A DNA stretch of 64,000 bases from an uncultured delta proteobacterium (GCA_963699755.1 CAVOVB010000001.1:1120001-1184000); one strand, 5' to 3'; positions 19,001-28,164 are shown, counted from the first letter of the stretch. Notes: a model not told the origin generated them from the letters alone. Numbers and translations are program-made.

Positions 19001-20013
19001 TCGCACGCGCGGCGCTTCTCTTTTGCTCCGTCGCCAGCGCGGCCTGCGCCGGATCGCAAGCGTCGCGAACATCCGATACGCTTTTTGCCACGCCGGCGGC
19101 AGAGCTCGCACGCGAGCAGGCTCCCGATCTCTACAGTCAGGCGCGCTCGGCCTGGGCCGACGCGGAGGACGCGCGGCGGCACAAGGACGAGACGGCCGCC
19201 GACGACTATCGAACCGAGGCCCGGCTCTGGTTGGCCGCAGCCATCGCCGAAGCCGAACGCGTGCGATTGGATCGTCAGCGCGCGGAGCTTCAAGAGGAGG
19301 AGGAACGCTGGTCAAAGCAGCTGGCCCGCGACCAGGAGGCTTCCGCGGTCGTCGCCCGAGACATTTCTCGCTACGAGGCTAGAGCGGTCGCGCTCCGAGA
19401 AGCGGAGCGGCTAGGAGCATTGACCGAGTCGCCCAAGCTGAGCGATGCGACCCTCGACGCCGTGCTGACTCGAGTGCGACTCAACCTCGCTCTTGCCGAG
19501 GCCCTCGGGGTGACCGACGAGCAGCTTCGGCCGCTCCGTGAGCGGGCGGACCTCGTCGAGAGCGAACGGCCGAAACCTGCCAAAGTCGCCGAGTCGCTCC
19601 TCTTGGAGAGCGAGGCCGTCATCGGAGAGGCGCGCGCGCAATGGTCGGAGCCACGCCCGGGTGCCTCGACGGAGCTCGTGGAAACCGCATTGGCCACAGG
19701 CTTCGCCGCCGATCGCCTGGATGGCTCCGTGCTGGTCCGCTCGGAACGGTTCTTCGGCGCCAACGGGCAGGTGTCTCTCGCCACCGTGAAACGATTCATG
19801 GGACTTCTGAAAGCGTTTCCGCACGGACCGGTCGCCTGCCAAGTAGCGGTCCCCGAGCTCAGCAGCCGGGTCTGGGCGCAACGCGCCGCACAACTAGTCG
19901 AGCGCCTACGACGGATGGACGACCCAGCGCGGGTCTCCACCAGCATGGTCGTCACCGCCTCGCTGAGCGCCGGTACGGTTCAGTGCACCTTTGCCGCCTA
20001 TCGGGAGCCCTGA
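18997..20013 (+). CDS. Hypothetical lipoprotein with DUF4398-like helices and a degenerate OmpA-like C-terminus
   Basis: Lipobox-like SAAC, AREQAPDLYSQA helix, coiled coil, and a C-terminal alpha/beta pattern ending WAQRAAQLVERL. Confidence 0.65.
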   Translation: MIARAALLFCSVASAACAGSQASRTSDTLFATPAAELAREQAPDLYSQARSAWADAEDARRHKDETAADDYRTEARLWLAAAIAEAERVRLDRQRAELQEEEERWSKQLARDQEASAVVARDISRYEARAVALREAERLGALTESPKLSDATLDAVLTRVRLNLALAEALGVTDEQLRPLRERADLVESERPKPAKVAESLLLESEAVIGEARAQWSEPRPGASTELVETALATGFAADRLDGSVLVRSERFFGANGQVSLATVKRFMGLLKAFPHGPVACQVAVPELSSRVWAQRAAQLVERLRRMDDPARVSTSMVVTASLSAGTVQCTFAAYREP

Positions 20014-20024
20014 CGGCGCCTCTC

Positions 20025-20564
20025 TCAATCGAGCGTGCGGAAGGCAGCTTTGGCGGCAGCCTTGGTTTGCTCGGGGCTAGGAGCGTACTTGGATGGAGGT
20101 GGAAGCTCGGTCACCGAGATGCGGGTCACCTTGCTCCCGATCTCGAGAATCGACACGTCGACCTTGGTGGGGTTGACTTCGGCACCGCGAACGCTCGCCT
20201 GCTTGTAGACCGCGCCCGTCCCGCGACGCTCCACGTTGCCGGTGATCATCATGGGCCCGAAATAGGCGAGCACCTTGTCGATCGGGGCGCGGATTCGATA
20301 CACGTGAAGGACCCCATCTTCGCGATGGAGCTCGGCGCCTCGGGGAAGCCGGATTCCTACGATGTACTCGTCCGATGGGAGCAGACGCCCCTCGGCGTCA
20401 AACGTTCGAGTGTGGGGCGCGCGCTTCCCGGACTCCGCTCCCGCCTGCTCCCGCTGGGGACCGCTAGCGCCCATGGGCGTGTCCCGCTCGGGCCTCGAGG
20501 TGCAGCCGGCGAGGACCAGCAGATGGGCCACGAGAGTCAGCAAGAGGATCGGGGAAGCATTCAT
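20025..20564 (-). CDS. Hypothetical lipoprotein following pilY1
   Basis: MNASPILLLTLVAHLLVLAGC canonical lipobox. Starts 29 nt after the pilY1 stop on the same strand. Confidence 0.75.
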   Translation of the reverse strand: MNASPILLLTLVAHLLVLAGCTSRPERDTPMGASGPQREQAGAESGKRAPHTRTFDAEGRLLPSDEYIVGIRLPRGAELHREDGVLHVYRIRAPIDKVLAYFGPMMITGNVERRGTGAVYKQASVRGAEVNPTKVDVSILEIGSKVTRISVTELPPPSKYAPSPEQTKAAAKAAFRTLD

Positions 20565-20593
20565 CGCTCTAGGAAGTATCATCACGCCGCCGG

Positions 20594-23500
20594 TCATTCC
20601 ACAGTATCGGCCATGCCCGAGACCACCGTGAAGCCTTCGGGCGCGCTGATCGTTTCGTCGAGGATGTTGATCGCGAGCTGGTTGACCGGAATGGCAGAAG
20701 AGCCGCTGAGGTGACCCATCAACTTGTACTCGCGCCCGCTCGTCGCGATGGGCATCGCCAGGGTTGACGTGGAGCCGTCGAAAGGATCGGTTATGCTGAT
20801 GTCCTGCGTCGTGATGCAGACGGGTTCCTGCGCGACTTGTAGGCCGACGAGCAGAGCGTTTTCTAGCAAAGGGATGTCGTTCTTATCGAGAACGTAGGTC
20901 GGAGTCCCCAAGGCATCCTCCAGCACGGGCAAGGGATCACCCGCACTGGTGGGGTCATCCAAGTAGTTCAGGCCGAAGATACGGCTGCCTCCGAACGGGC
21001 AGGCATCGATCGCCGTGCCGCTCGCCGCCTTGAACGATCCGAAAAAGACCTGACCACTGAAGAGCTCGATCGGGCCGGTCATCTGCTCGCCCGGATCCAG
21101 CTCGATTTCCCAATTGAGCCGGCCGTCGACCGTGTCGACCGAACCGTCGGCCTCGAAGGTCAGCGTCTCGGTAATCGACACGACCTTGTTAATCGCTGTT
21201 GCATCGTCGAGCACGTCGATGTTGCCGGTTCCGGTCAGGATGACGATTCGCCCTTGGATGTCGGTGCTGATCGCCGGTGCGTAGAACGTCGGCTCGGCGA
21301 CGTCACTGGCCTCGTCGTAGTAGAGGTCGTGGAGCGCCCGAGCCTCCCAGTCATCTGGATCCGGCGAGGACACGTCGATGCGCCAGAGCACGCCATCGGC
21401 GTCCACGGTGTATGCCACGCTGCCTGTGGTGCCGGTATCGCCTCGGTACACTGAAACCGCGCCCGTGAGCGGTGCCAGGAACGTGTCTTCTTTCAGCTCG
21501 TGGATAATCCTGCCGGTGATCATGTCGATGAAATAGAGGACTCGGCCATGTTTCGTTTCCGGCGGCACCGTCGTCTCATCTCGCCAGCAGCGTCGGTTGG
21601 CACGGGGCGTGATGACGTCGCCGTTTGCCTGTTTCATGTCTTCGGGAAGCTGAGGACCTGAGGCGATCGGGCAGGAGCTGCCGTCGATCACGCCTTGTCC
21701 GCCGGGGAGCATGATCACGGCGCGCGACTGCTTCAGCACGAAAGCCGGGCCGCCGCTGCCATTGTCTCCACCCTGGAGCAAAATCTGTGCGGCCGTGGGT
21801 TGCCCGTAGGTGTCGCCGAGGTTTGGGGCGGTGAACTGCCAGAGGAACTCCGGCTTACATGGATTGGTGACGTCCAGCGCCACCATGCCGTTGCCGCCGT
21901 TTCGGAAGCTGACGAAGAGGACCGTGCGCCAGACGTTCGTCGCGCCGCCCTGCTCTGCCGCGAAGGGGCGAACGTCGTAGAGATTGCGGACCTGAATACT
22001 TCCGTCCGCGTACCATTGCTTGCTGCCGCCGGCCAGCTGGTCGTCGAGGTCGTCGAGAAACATCGGCGCGATGAACCCCCAGAGCTCGGTGCCCGCGGCC
22101 TTTCCATCGGCACAAGCAAACTCGTCGAGTTCCTTGGCCGAGGTGAAGGTGTCGAGCTCGTAGTCGTCGGCTAGGAAGGCGTGGATCACGCCATCGTTCG
22201 TTGATGCGTAGATCACCCGAGGGCGTTCGCTCAGCTGCCATCCATCCGCCGACAGGTCTTCGGAAGCATCCGGGCTCTCCTGGTAGCCCAAGCCCAGTCG
22301 CCAGTCGTTGAATGAGCTGTCGTCGAGATCATCGACCAGCGGGCCCACAATCGCTGGCGTAGAATGGTAGATGTCGCCCAGACGCTCATCTTCGCGACCG
22401 CTTCCAGGCACGCCGTGAACCCATTCGACCACGGTATTTCCCATCGCTGTATCGGTGCTGCCCACTCCCAATAGGTACTCGGGATCGATCGCGGTGCTGA
22501 ACTCGCCGGCCCGTTGCTCGACGATCGCCGCACCCTCGCCAGGTACATCGAAACCCGCCGACGTGAGCTTGTTCGCGCCGCTGCCGGTGAGGTGCGTATT
22601 GACATCTGCTGGATCGTCCGGCAGCACGGTCCAGAGGTTTCTCGAGAATCCGCCCGTGAAGCTGACTTTCGAGCTCGAGCCACCCCAGGCCTCGACGTCC
22701 GACGGGGCCGCGTTCTGCCCGTTGAGCACTTCGTGGAAGCGGTCTGCGTCCGTCACGTCTTGCGGAACCGGAATACCATCGACGCACAAGAAGCGCCTGC
22801 GCTCCAAGACCCCGTCCCAGGGGTCCGTCGAGTCCAGGGACGCATTGAACCCGGAAATGAACTGCGACTCTACGAGGCCTGGCGATGCGCCCGTCAGGAC
22901 CGGTGCCGTTCGGCTGGTCGCCCCGGGGTTCTGCTCGTTGAAGATGAAGCTCAAGGCGGTGACGAGCTCGGCGCGATCGGCGACGAGGAAGGCCTCAGTC
23001 GTGTCACCCACCGAAGCGATGTCGTTGAGCAGGTTCACCACCTCGTCGACCTTCGCCGGGTCCCCATCGAGTGCGAAGCCGATGACATAGAACTTGTCCA
23101 AATCGCCCGCGCCGATCATGGACGAAACGGTGTCGGAGATCTCATCGTAGGGACAGCCGAGCTCGGTCACGGGCTCGTCCTGGCAGTTCACGGGGTTTCC
23201 CCGCATATCGCCGTTTGGCAAACCGTCCGTGATCAAAACGGCGCTTCGCGGCCGGCAGCCGTAGTAGGCATCGCCATCCCCACCTGCGACCGTCTTCCTC
23301 TGCACGAAAATGTCGTTTTGAATGAAGTACTCGAGGTCGCTGACCATCGCTGCCGTCGGCGTCGCGCCATAGGGGCGCAGTGGATTCTTACCGAGGCCGA
23401 TGTCGCCGAGAATGGTGGCCTGAATCGCCGCGTTCGTGTTGGCCATGGCCGCGGTGCTGTCCGCGCCCACGGTGACCAAGCCGCCCTCTGGAGCGCTCGC

Positions 23501-24124
23501 CGACCGAATGCCGTTGTTGATCATGTGCGGCGCGAGAGATCCCGGAAACGAATAGGACTTGTCGTCGGCGTACGAGTACATGCCCTTGGTGCTGAGCGAA
23601 TCTGCTTGAAACGGCACTGTCAGGAAGTCGGCTTCGGTGACCAGCGGAGGTCGGTCGATCAATGTGCCGACCGAATCGAAGGTCATCAGCCCGAACTTGA
23701 TGCGCTCGATGTAGGTGTCGAGCACGCCATTCGCGCTCTGCGTTCCGCCGAGCTCGTGCGGGAGCTGAATGTGCGGAAGGAAGTAGCCTTCGTCGTACTC
23801 GCCTGTGTAGATGCCGCCGATTCGCAGATCGGAGTTGCACTCGTAGGTGTCGAACTCGCCGGTGAGGGCCTGGGCGACGAGGGACCAGCGGTTCTGTTCG
23901 TCGGTTCCCGGTGCCCCGCCGCACATGGGAAGGCATTCGGTGCATCCTGGCGTGGTGCAGAGGCAGTTGGGCTTTCGCTCCATCGACCCCGAGGTGTCGA
24001 CCAGAAGAATCACATGCGGCCGAATATTTCGAATGTCCGGTTCCTGCGCTGAAACCTTTGCGCTAGGTCCGACTGTGGCGACCAGTAGGCCAACAACTGC
24101 AATGTGAAGCCAAAATCTCATCAT
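20594..24124 (-). CDS. pilY1: Type IV pilus adhesin PilY1 (vWA domain plus PilC beta-propeller)
   Basis: Signal peptide, MIDAS motifs VDTSGSM and LITDG, propeller motifs LGDIYHSTP, NDGVIHAF, ELWGFI and WYADGS. Lies downstream of four prepilin genes. Confidence 0.9.
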   Translation of the reverse strand: MMRFWLHIAVVGLLVATVGPSAKVSAQEPDIRNIRPHVILLVDTSGSMERKPNCLCTTPGCTECLPMCGGAPGTDEQNRWSLVAQALTGEFDTYECNSDLRIGGIYTGEYDEGYFLPHIQLPHELGGTQSANGVLDTYIERIKFGLMTFDSVGTLIDRPPLVTEADFLTVPFQADSLSTKGMYSYADDKSYSFPGSLAPHMINNGIRSASAPEGGLVTVGADSTAAMANTNAAIQATILGDIGLGKNPLRPYGATPTAAMVSDLEYFIQNDIFVQRKTVAGGDGDAYYGCRPRSAVLITDGLPNGDMRGNPVNCQDEPVTELGCPYDEISDTVSSMIGAGDLDKFYVIGFALDGDPAKVDEVVNLLNDIASVGDTTEAFLVADRAELVTALSFIFNEQNPGATSRTAPVLTGASPGLVESQFISGFNASLDSTDPWDGVLERRRFLCVDGIPVPQDVTDADRFHEVLNGQNAAPSDVEAWGGSSSKVSFTGGFSRNLWTVLPDDPADVNTHLTGSGANKLTSAGFDVPGEGAAIVEQRAGEFSTAIDPEYLLGVGSTDTAMGNTVVEWVHGVPGSGREDERLGDIYHSTPAIVGPLVDDLDDSSFNDWRLGLGYQESPDASEDLSADGWQLSERPRVIYASTNDGVIHAFLADDYELDTFTSAKELDEFACADGKAAGTELWGFIAPMFLDDLDDQLAGGSKQWYADGSIQVRNLYDVRPFAAEQGGATNVWRTVLFVSFRNGGNGMVALDVTNPCKPEFLWQFTAPNLGDTYGQPTAAQILLQGGDNGSGGPAFVLKQSRAVIMLPGGQGVIDGSSCPIASGPQLPEDMKQANGDVITPRANRRCWRDETTVPPETKHGRVLYFIDMITGRIIHELKEDTFLAPLTGAVSVYRGDTGTTGSVAYTVDADGVLWRIDVSSPDPDDWEARALHDLYYDEASDVAEPTFYAPAISTDIQGRIVILTGTGNIDVLDDATAINKVVSITETLTFEADGSVDTVDGRLNWEIELDPGEQMTGPIELFSGQVFFGSFKAASGTAIDACPFGGSRIFGLNYLDDPTSAGDPLPVLEDALGTPTYVLDKNDIPLLENALLVGLQVAQEPVCITTQDISITDPFDGSTSTLAMPIATSGREYKLMGHLSGSSAIPVNQLAINILDETISAPEGFTVVSGMADTVE

Positions 24125-24813
24125 GTCCCCGAAATGAATGGCCCGCTGACGACGTATGCGCGCATGTCCGCGCCCGCCTCGTTCCACTGGCGACCGACGT
24201 CCTCGGCTTCCGAGTGATCGGCGCTGCCGTCTCCCACCTGCGCGCGACCGCGAGCCGTCATGGTCGTGCGCATGTATTTGAACTTCGTGCCGCCTTGGGC
24301 TGCCGCGCCTGGCGGGAGCGTGCTCACGATGTGCTCGTCATAGAGGTCGACGACGACCGCCGGGCTGTACGCCGAGCCCGCGCCAAATACCGCATCGGAG
24401 TCGACGGGGATCTTCTTGAAATGGCCGCTGTCGTCGGGCTCGATCAGCGCTTCGAAGTGCTCCGGGTAGAGCCTATAGGCTCGGCGATTCCTGGCCAAGG
24501 GAGGTTCTGGATAACAGTGTCTCGTGGCGGCCGTGGCGTTCCCGTGACATCTGAAGAGCTTCCCATCGGTGTCGCCACTGGTCTGCAGGATGTCGCGGAC
24601 GGTCATTGGGCCGAAAATGTCGAACCACTCGAGCCCGGCGATCAGGGCGCCGCGGGCAGCGTATCGGGTCTGCATCTGCTGACGCGCGTAGCCGGTACCC
24701 CGGACCTCGTGCGAAACGGTCGTGGCCGAGTACACCGCGCTCGCCGTACCGACCATCACGATCATCAGGACGACGAAGAGCACCGCGCCCTCTTGTTTTC
24801 GAGGCTGTTTCAT
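24121..24813 (-). CDS. pilX: Minor pilin, PilX-like
   Basis: Prepilin site KQEG|AVLFVVLMIVMV lacking Glu+5, a PilX hallmark, followed by YAARGAL. Confidence 0.8.
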   Translation of the reverse strand: MKQPRKQEGAVLFVVLMIVMVGTASAVYSATTVSHEVRGTGYARQQMQTRYAARGALIAGLEWFDIFGPMTVRDILQTSGDTDGKLFRCHGNATAATRHCYPEPPLARNRRAYRLYPEHFEALIEPDDSGHFKKIPVDSDAVFGAGSAYSPAVVVDLYDEHIVSTLPPGAAAQGGTKFKYMRTTMTARGRAQVGDGSADHSEAEDVGRQWNEAGADMRAYVVSGPFISGT

Positions 24814-26129
24814 CAGAGGTTCCTCCTTGCGACACTCATGACGGGGATCTCGATGCGCATGTGGCGCACGCGCGCGGAGCCCTTTTCAGCGGCGTTCACC
24901 TCGAAGCGCGTGCTGATCGAGCCGCTGTTCGAGTATGGGATGGACGGGTCCTCGAGCGGGCTGCGAATCCCCAAATCGATGTGCACCGAACGGACCTGGT
25001 TCGGGTTATCGTTGATGGTGTCCTGGTCGGAGGTGCCGGTTAGCGCGTTGGCGAAGTCGGTGATCGACGGTCCTATTGCCTTTCCCGAGTCGGTGTCGAG
25101 TAGGAAGCTCACCTGGAAGTCGGCGACGAATTCCGCCAGCACCTGGGTGGTGCCCTGCAGCACGTTGCCGGTATTCGGGTCCAGGATGCGTCGCACTAGC
25201 AGGACGTTCCTCTCTTCGCGCAGCGTGCCGACAGCGCCAGCGGTCAACGATGATTCGAGATCGAGAAAGAACACCTCGTCGAAGTCCATGAAATCGGTGC
25301 TGACCGAGCTCGGAGTGACGAGCGCGTACTCGACCCATTGCAGAGGCGCGATGTTGGATCCCCCGCCTTGTCCCGGAAGGCAGGCAGTGCCGACGGGTAG
25401 GGGCGGGGCGACTAGGATGCGCATTTGATTTTGGGTGTTGTCCGCCTTCCCGAAGGAGGTCCGAAAGAAGTGACGCCCCTCGGGTGTTTCGATGTGAAGC
25501 ACCGATCCGGTCTGAAAGGCACGCGCGCCTTGTTGACCGACACCCTTCCAACTCGCGGTCTCCAGAGCCCAGGCGGGGTCCCAGCCGAGACTGCCGTCCA
25601 GGTAGTCCGGCGCCTCTTGGCCGCCGACGAAGGGCCCCGCCGTCTGGCCCCAGAGAAAGGTCCTCTGGTATGCCTGGTTGCTGTTGTCGAGGATGATGTG
25701 CGTTCCCTCGGGGCTGATCGAGTCGACGAGGAGCTTGTCAGTGAGGTACAGGCTGGTGAGCACGCGGAGCCGGTCTCCATGGACCCAGGTGTTCTCGCTC
25801 GGGTTGAGGAGCGACTTATCGGTGTCGGCGTAATACTGAAAGGCGCCTATGGGGGAGGTTCCGCCGCCGTACTTCTGGAGAACTGGAATGATCGAGTCGC
25901 AGGTGGATTCGAGATTGGCGGCGGGCGAGCCGAAGAGGCCTGCCCGAGAGATATCCCTGCGAAGCTCCATCATCGCGGCACGTGACGACCCTTGCGTGGT
26001 CGCAGTCCGTTGCTCTTCGAAGAACTGTTGGCTCATCGCCGAGCCGAGGCTGTAGACCGAGGTGATCGCGGTGAGCCCTACGACCATCGCCACCATCAGC
26101 TCGATGAGAGTGAAGCCGCTCTTGCTCAC
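24813..26129 (-). CDS. pilW: Minor pilin, PilW-like
   Basis: KSG|FTLIELMVAMVVG and MELRRDISRAG. GTG start overlaps the pilV stop. Confidence 0.85.
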   Translation of the reverse strand: MSKSGFTLIELMVAMVVGLTAITSVYSLGSAMSQQFFEEQRTATTQGSSRAAMMELRRDISRAGLFGSPAANLESTCDSIIPVLQKYGGGTSPIGAFQYYADTDKSLLNPSENTWVHGDRLRVLTSLYLTDKLLVDSISPEGTHIILDNSNQAYQRTFLWGQTAGPFVGGQEAPDYLDGSLGWDPAWALETASWKGVGQQGARAFQTGSVLHIETPEGRHFFRTSFGKADNTQNQMRILVAPPLPVGTACLPGQGGGSNIAPLQWVEYALVTPSSVSTDFMDFDEVFFLDLESSLTAGAVGTLREERNVLLVRRILDPNTGNVLQGTTQVLAEFVADFQVSFLLDTDSGKAIGPSITDFANALTGTSDQDTINDNPNQVRSVHIDLGIRSPLEDPSIPYSNSGSISTRFEVNAAEKGSARVRHMRIEIPVMSVARRNL

Positions 26130-26758
26130 GTTCCTTCCCTCCTTAGCCAGGTCACCACGGTCGAGGCGAAGACCACGTCGATGTTCGGGGGTAGTGGACC
26201 CCCCTCGAGGCCCCAGCCATCCGCGATCACGGCGTCGCAATCGGCGTTGCGAAAGGCCGTTCCATCCACCCAGTCCGAGTGGGTTGCGGTGCCGGCCATG
26301 TGGCCTTCGCGATACCAGTAGGTGCGAATGTCGACCCGGGCGGAGCTTCCCTGCCGCAACCAGCTCAGGCGTAAGTTGGTGCAGTACTTCGGTTTGTCGC
26401 TTCCTTCTATGTCCTCGCCGAAGTAGTCAAAACCATAGGATTCTTTGTCTGAAGGGGGGGCCGGCCTGAACCAAGCTGTGCCCGTGACCTGGTTCGAGAG
26501 CGCTTTTAGGTAATCGGTCGCAAGAAGCGAGGTGCTGGTGATGCCCCGCTCGGTCCAACCGAGCGAATCCCGTTCGACCCGCTCGACCCAGCGCTCGGTG
26601 ATCGCCAAGGCGGTGTTCATTTCGAGCGCGGCCCTGTTCGCATGGCTCACCGACTGGTGCATCGCGAGGATGCCGAGCGAGCCGACGGTCATGATGCCAA
26701 TCGCGATCATGACCTCGACGAGGGTGAAACCCGACTCTGTCTTTCTCAATTTGTTCAT
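26126..26758 (-). CDS. pilV: Minor pilin, PilV-like
   Basis: ESG|FTLVEVMIAIGIMTVGSLGILAM, and position in the cluster. Confidence 0.85.
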   Translation of the reverse strand: MNKLRKTESGFTLVEVMIAIGIMTVGSLGILAMHQSVSHANRAALEMNTALAITERWVERVERDSLGWTERGITSTSLLATDYLKALSNQVTGTAWFRPAPPSDKESYGFDYFGEDIEGSDKPKYCTNLRLSWLRQGSSARVDIRTYWYREGHMAGTATHSDWVDGTAFRNADCDAVIADGWGLEGGPLPPNIDVVFASTVVTWLRREGT

Positions 26759-27396
26759 CGCATGATCCGTGGGGTTCCGGTCCCGGCGGGAATCAGGACT
26801 TTACGCACGACGCCGACCACATCCGTCCCGACCCTGCGGTAGACAAGGAAGCCAAACCCGGCCCTTTCAGGGTCGGTTTGCCAATTCGAGTGGAGGACCG
26901 AGTCGATGAAGACCTGGTTGTTCGAGCCAGCCTCGTAGCAAAACGTCGCGAAGTTGTGTCCGTCGACGCGAATGACGTCGTTGTCGCCCGGATCTGGGTC
27001 GTAGGTGTCCGGATAAAGGTTGTCGACGCAGCGCCAGTTGTCGGCGCACTTCATCTCTTCGAGCTCCGGGCCGCCGGCGATTTTGAAGCTGGTCAGCGCG
27101 CAACCCGCGCTGCTGCCGCGCAGGGTTTCGAAGGCGTACGGGTTCGAGCCGGCCAGAGCGGTGCCCCCGTCGTTTTGGTAGACGACCTGGTGCGCGCGGC
27201 CGAAGGCCATCGACATGTACCGGGCGCGCTGAAAGAGCGACACCACTTCCCGAGCCACCATCGCGACGCGCCGGTCCGCGAAGCTGTCGCCGATGTTGGG
27301 CATGGCGGCGCTGACGAGCACACCCATGACCGCCAAGACGACCATCAGCTCCAGCAGCGTCAGCCCCTCGCGCCCTTTTCTAGAATTCCCAGCCAC
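26755..27396 (-). CDS. fimU: Minor pilin, FimU/FimT-like
   Basis: REG|LTLLELMVVLAVMGVL and FQRARYMSM. Start is GTG 27396 or ATG 27420; the ATG lies inside the sigma54 motif. Confidence 0.8.
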   Translation of the reverse strand: MAGNSRKGREGLTLLELMVVLAVMGVLVSAAMPNIGDSFADRRVAMVAREVVSLFQRARYMSMAFGRAHQVVYQNDGGTALAGSNPYAFETLRGSSAGCALTSFKIAGGPELEEMKCADNWRCVDNLYPDTYDPDPGDNDVIRVDGHNFATFCYEAGSNNQVFIDSVLHSNWQTDPERAGFGFLVYRRVGTDVVGVVRKVLIPAGTGTPRIMR

Positions 27397-27408
27397 GTCC
27401 GTTCTAGA

Positions 27409-27424
27409 TGCAACTCCCATACCG
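27409..27424 (-). promoter_or_regulatory. Sigma54 (-24/-12) promoter of the minor-pilin operon
   Basis: Minus strand reads CGGTATGGGAGTTGCA, i.e. GG-N10-GC with TTGCA. Confidence 0.55.
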
Positions 27425-27674
27425 AAGTCGGAACCCCACTAACTATCTGAAATCAAAGAAAACCATTCAAGCCACAACAGCTGGCACCTATAAACAACAT
27501 GCGGACTCTATGAAAAAATTGCAGGCTCAGGGCACTCATTCCAGCCACGGCGCGCGACGCGCCTCTTCGAGGACTCGCCTGTGCTGCAATAGGGAGGCCC
27601 CTCAGAAGGGGCCGAGCCCACCGTCGGTTCGATGTCCTCGTAGATACAGGGGTCGACGTTTATAGAGGACCGGG

Positions 27675-27758
27675 TGCGGAAGAGAGGACTCGAACCTCCA
27701 CGTCCTTGCGGACACATGAACCTGAATCATGCGCGTCTGCCAATTCCGCCACTTCCGC
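27675..27758 (-). tRNA. tRNA-Leu(CAG); CCA end not encoded
   Basis: GCGGAAG/CTTCCGC acceptor stem, D-loop GGAATTGGCAGAC, anticodon arm CATGA-TTCAGGT-TCATG, long variable arm GTCC-GCAA-GGAC and T-loop GTTCGAGTC. Confidence 0.97.
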
Positions 27759-27770
27759 TGAAGAGAGGGC

Positions 27771-27799
27771 GGGATACTGGTTGGGTCCTAGCCTGTCAA
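27771..27799 (-). promoter_or_regulatory. Sigma70-type promoter of tRNA-Leu
   Basis: TTGACA-17 nt-TATCCC, ending 12 nt before the tRNA 5' end. Confidence 0.65.
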
Positions 27800-27805
27800 G
27801 GCAGG

Positions 27806-28066
27806 TCAGGCGGCGAACGACTGCCGAGAGAGCTTTTGGGCCCCGTGCATCGACACCGCGAGTACCAGGCCCTCCATCGTCAGTCGGCAACGCGCCTCGT
27901 CGACCAGGCCCTGCGCCTCGAGCCGCTGCAAGAGCCTCTGAACGCGGGTCTCGGGAACATCGAGCCAGGTCGCCAGCACTTCGGGCGTCGCCTCGAGGTC
28001 GGCTCGGCCGAGCTCATACAGCGTCTCGAGCAGGCGCCAGGCCAGTTTTTCTTCGTGATTTGCCAT
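27806..28066 (-). CDS. Small winged-helix DNA-binding protein
   Basis: TPEVLATWLDVPETRVQRLLQRLEAQGLV...RLTMEG winged-HTH pattern. Confidence 0.7.
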   Translation of the reverse strand: MANHEEKLAWRLLETLYELGRADLEATPEVLATWLDVPETRVQRLLQRLEAQGLVDEARCRLTMEGLVLAVSMHGAQKLSRQSFAA

Positions 28067-28164
28067 CAGATCAAGAGCATCGCCTGATACTGAAAATCAG
28101 TCCAGTTTTTGGTGTTCAGTGCGTCCGTAACCTACAAGCTCGTGAATTCTAACCCCTTTTCGGA

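Noticed and set aside
21437..21445. RGD tripeptide in PilY1 as an integrin-binding motif
   Set aside because: A single tripeptide in about 1180 aa is not unexpected, and nothing here indicates an animal host.
22514..24052. Long antisense ORFs (also 4164-5138, 31711-33165, 44820-45881, 58405-59418)
   Set aside because: They mirror well-supported genes. High-GC codon bias removes antisense stops, and they show no recognisable motifs.
27596..27613. GGCCCCT-CAGA-AGGGGCC hairpin as the tRNA terminator
   Set aside because: It is a 7-bp stem without a convincing U-tract on the minus strand. Possible, but unsupported.
20013..27758. Pilin cluster as a tRNA-integrated genomic island
   Set aside because: No integrase is present, I saw no duplicated tRNA 3' end at the far boundary, and there is no obvious compositional shift.
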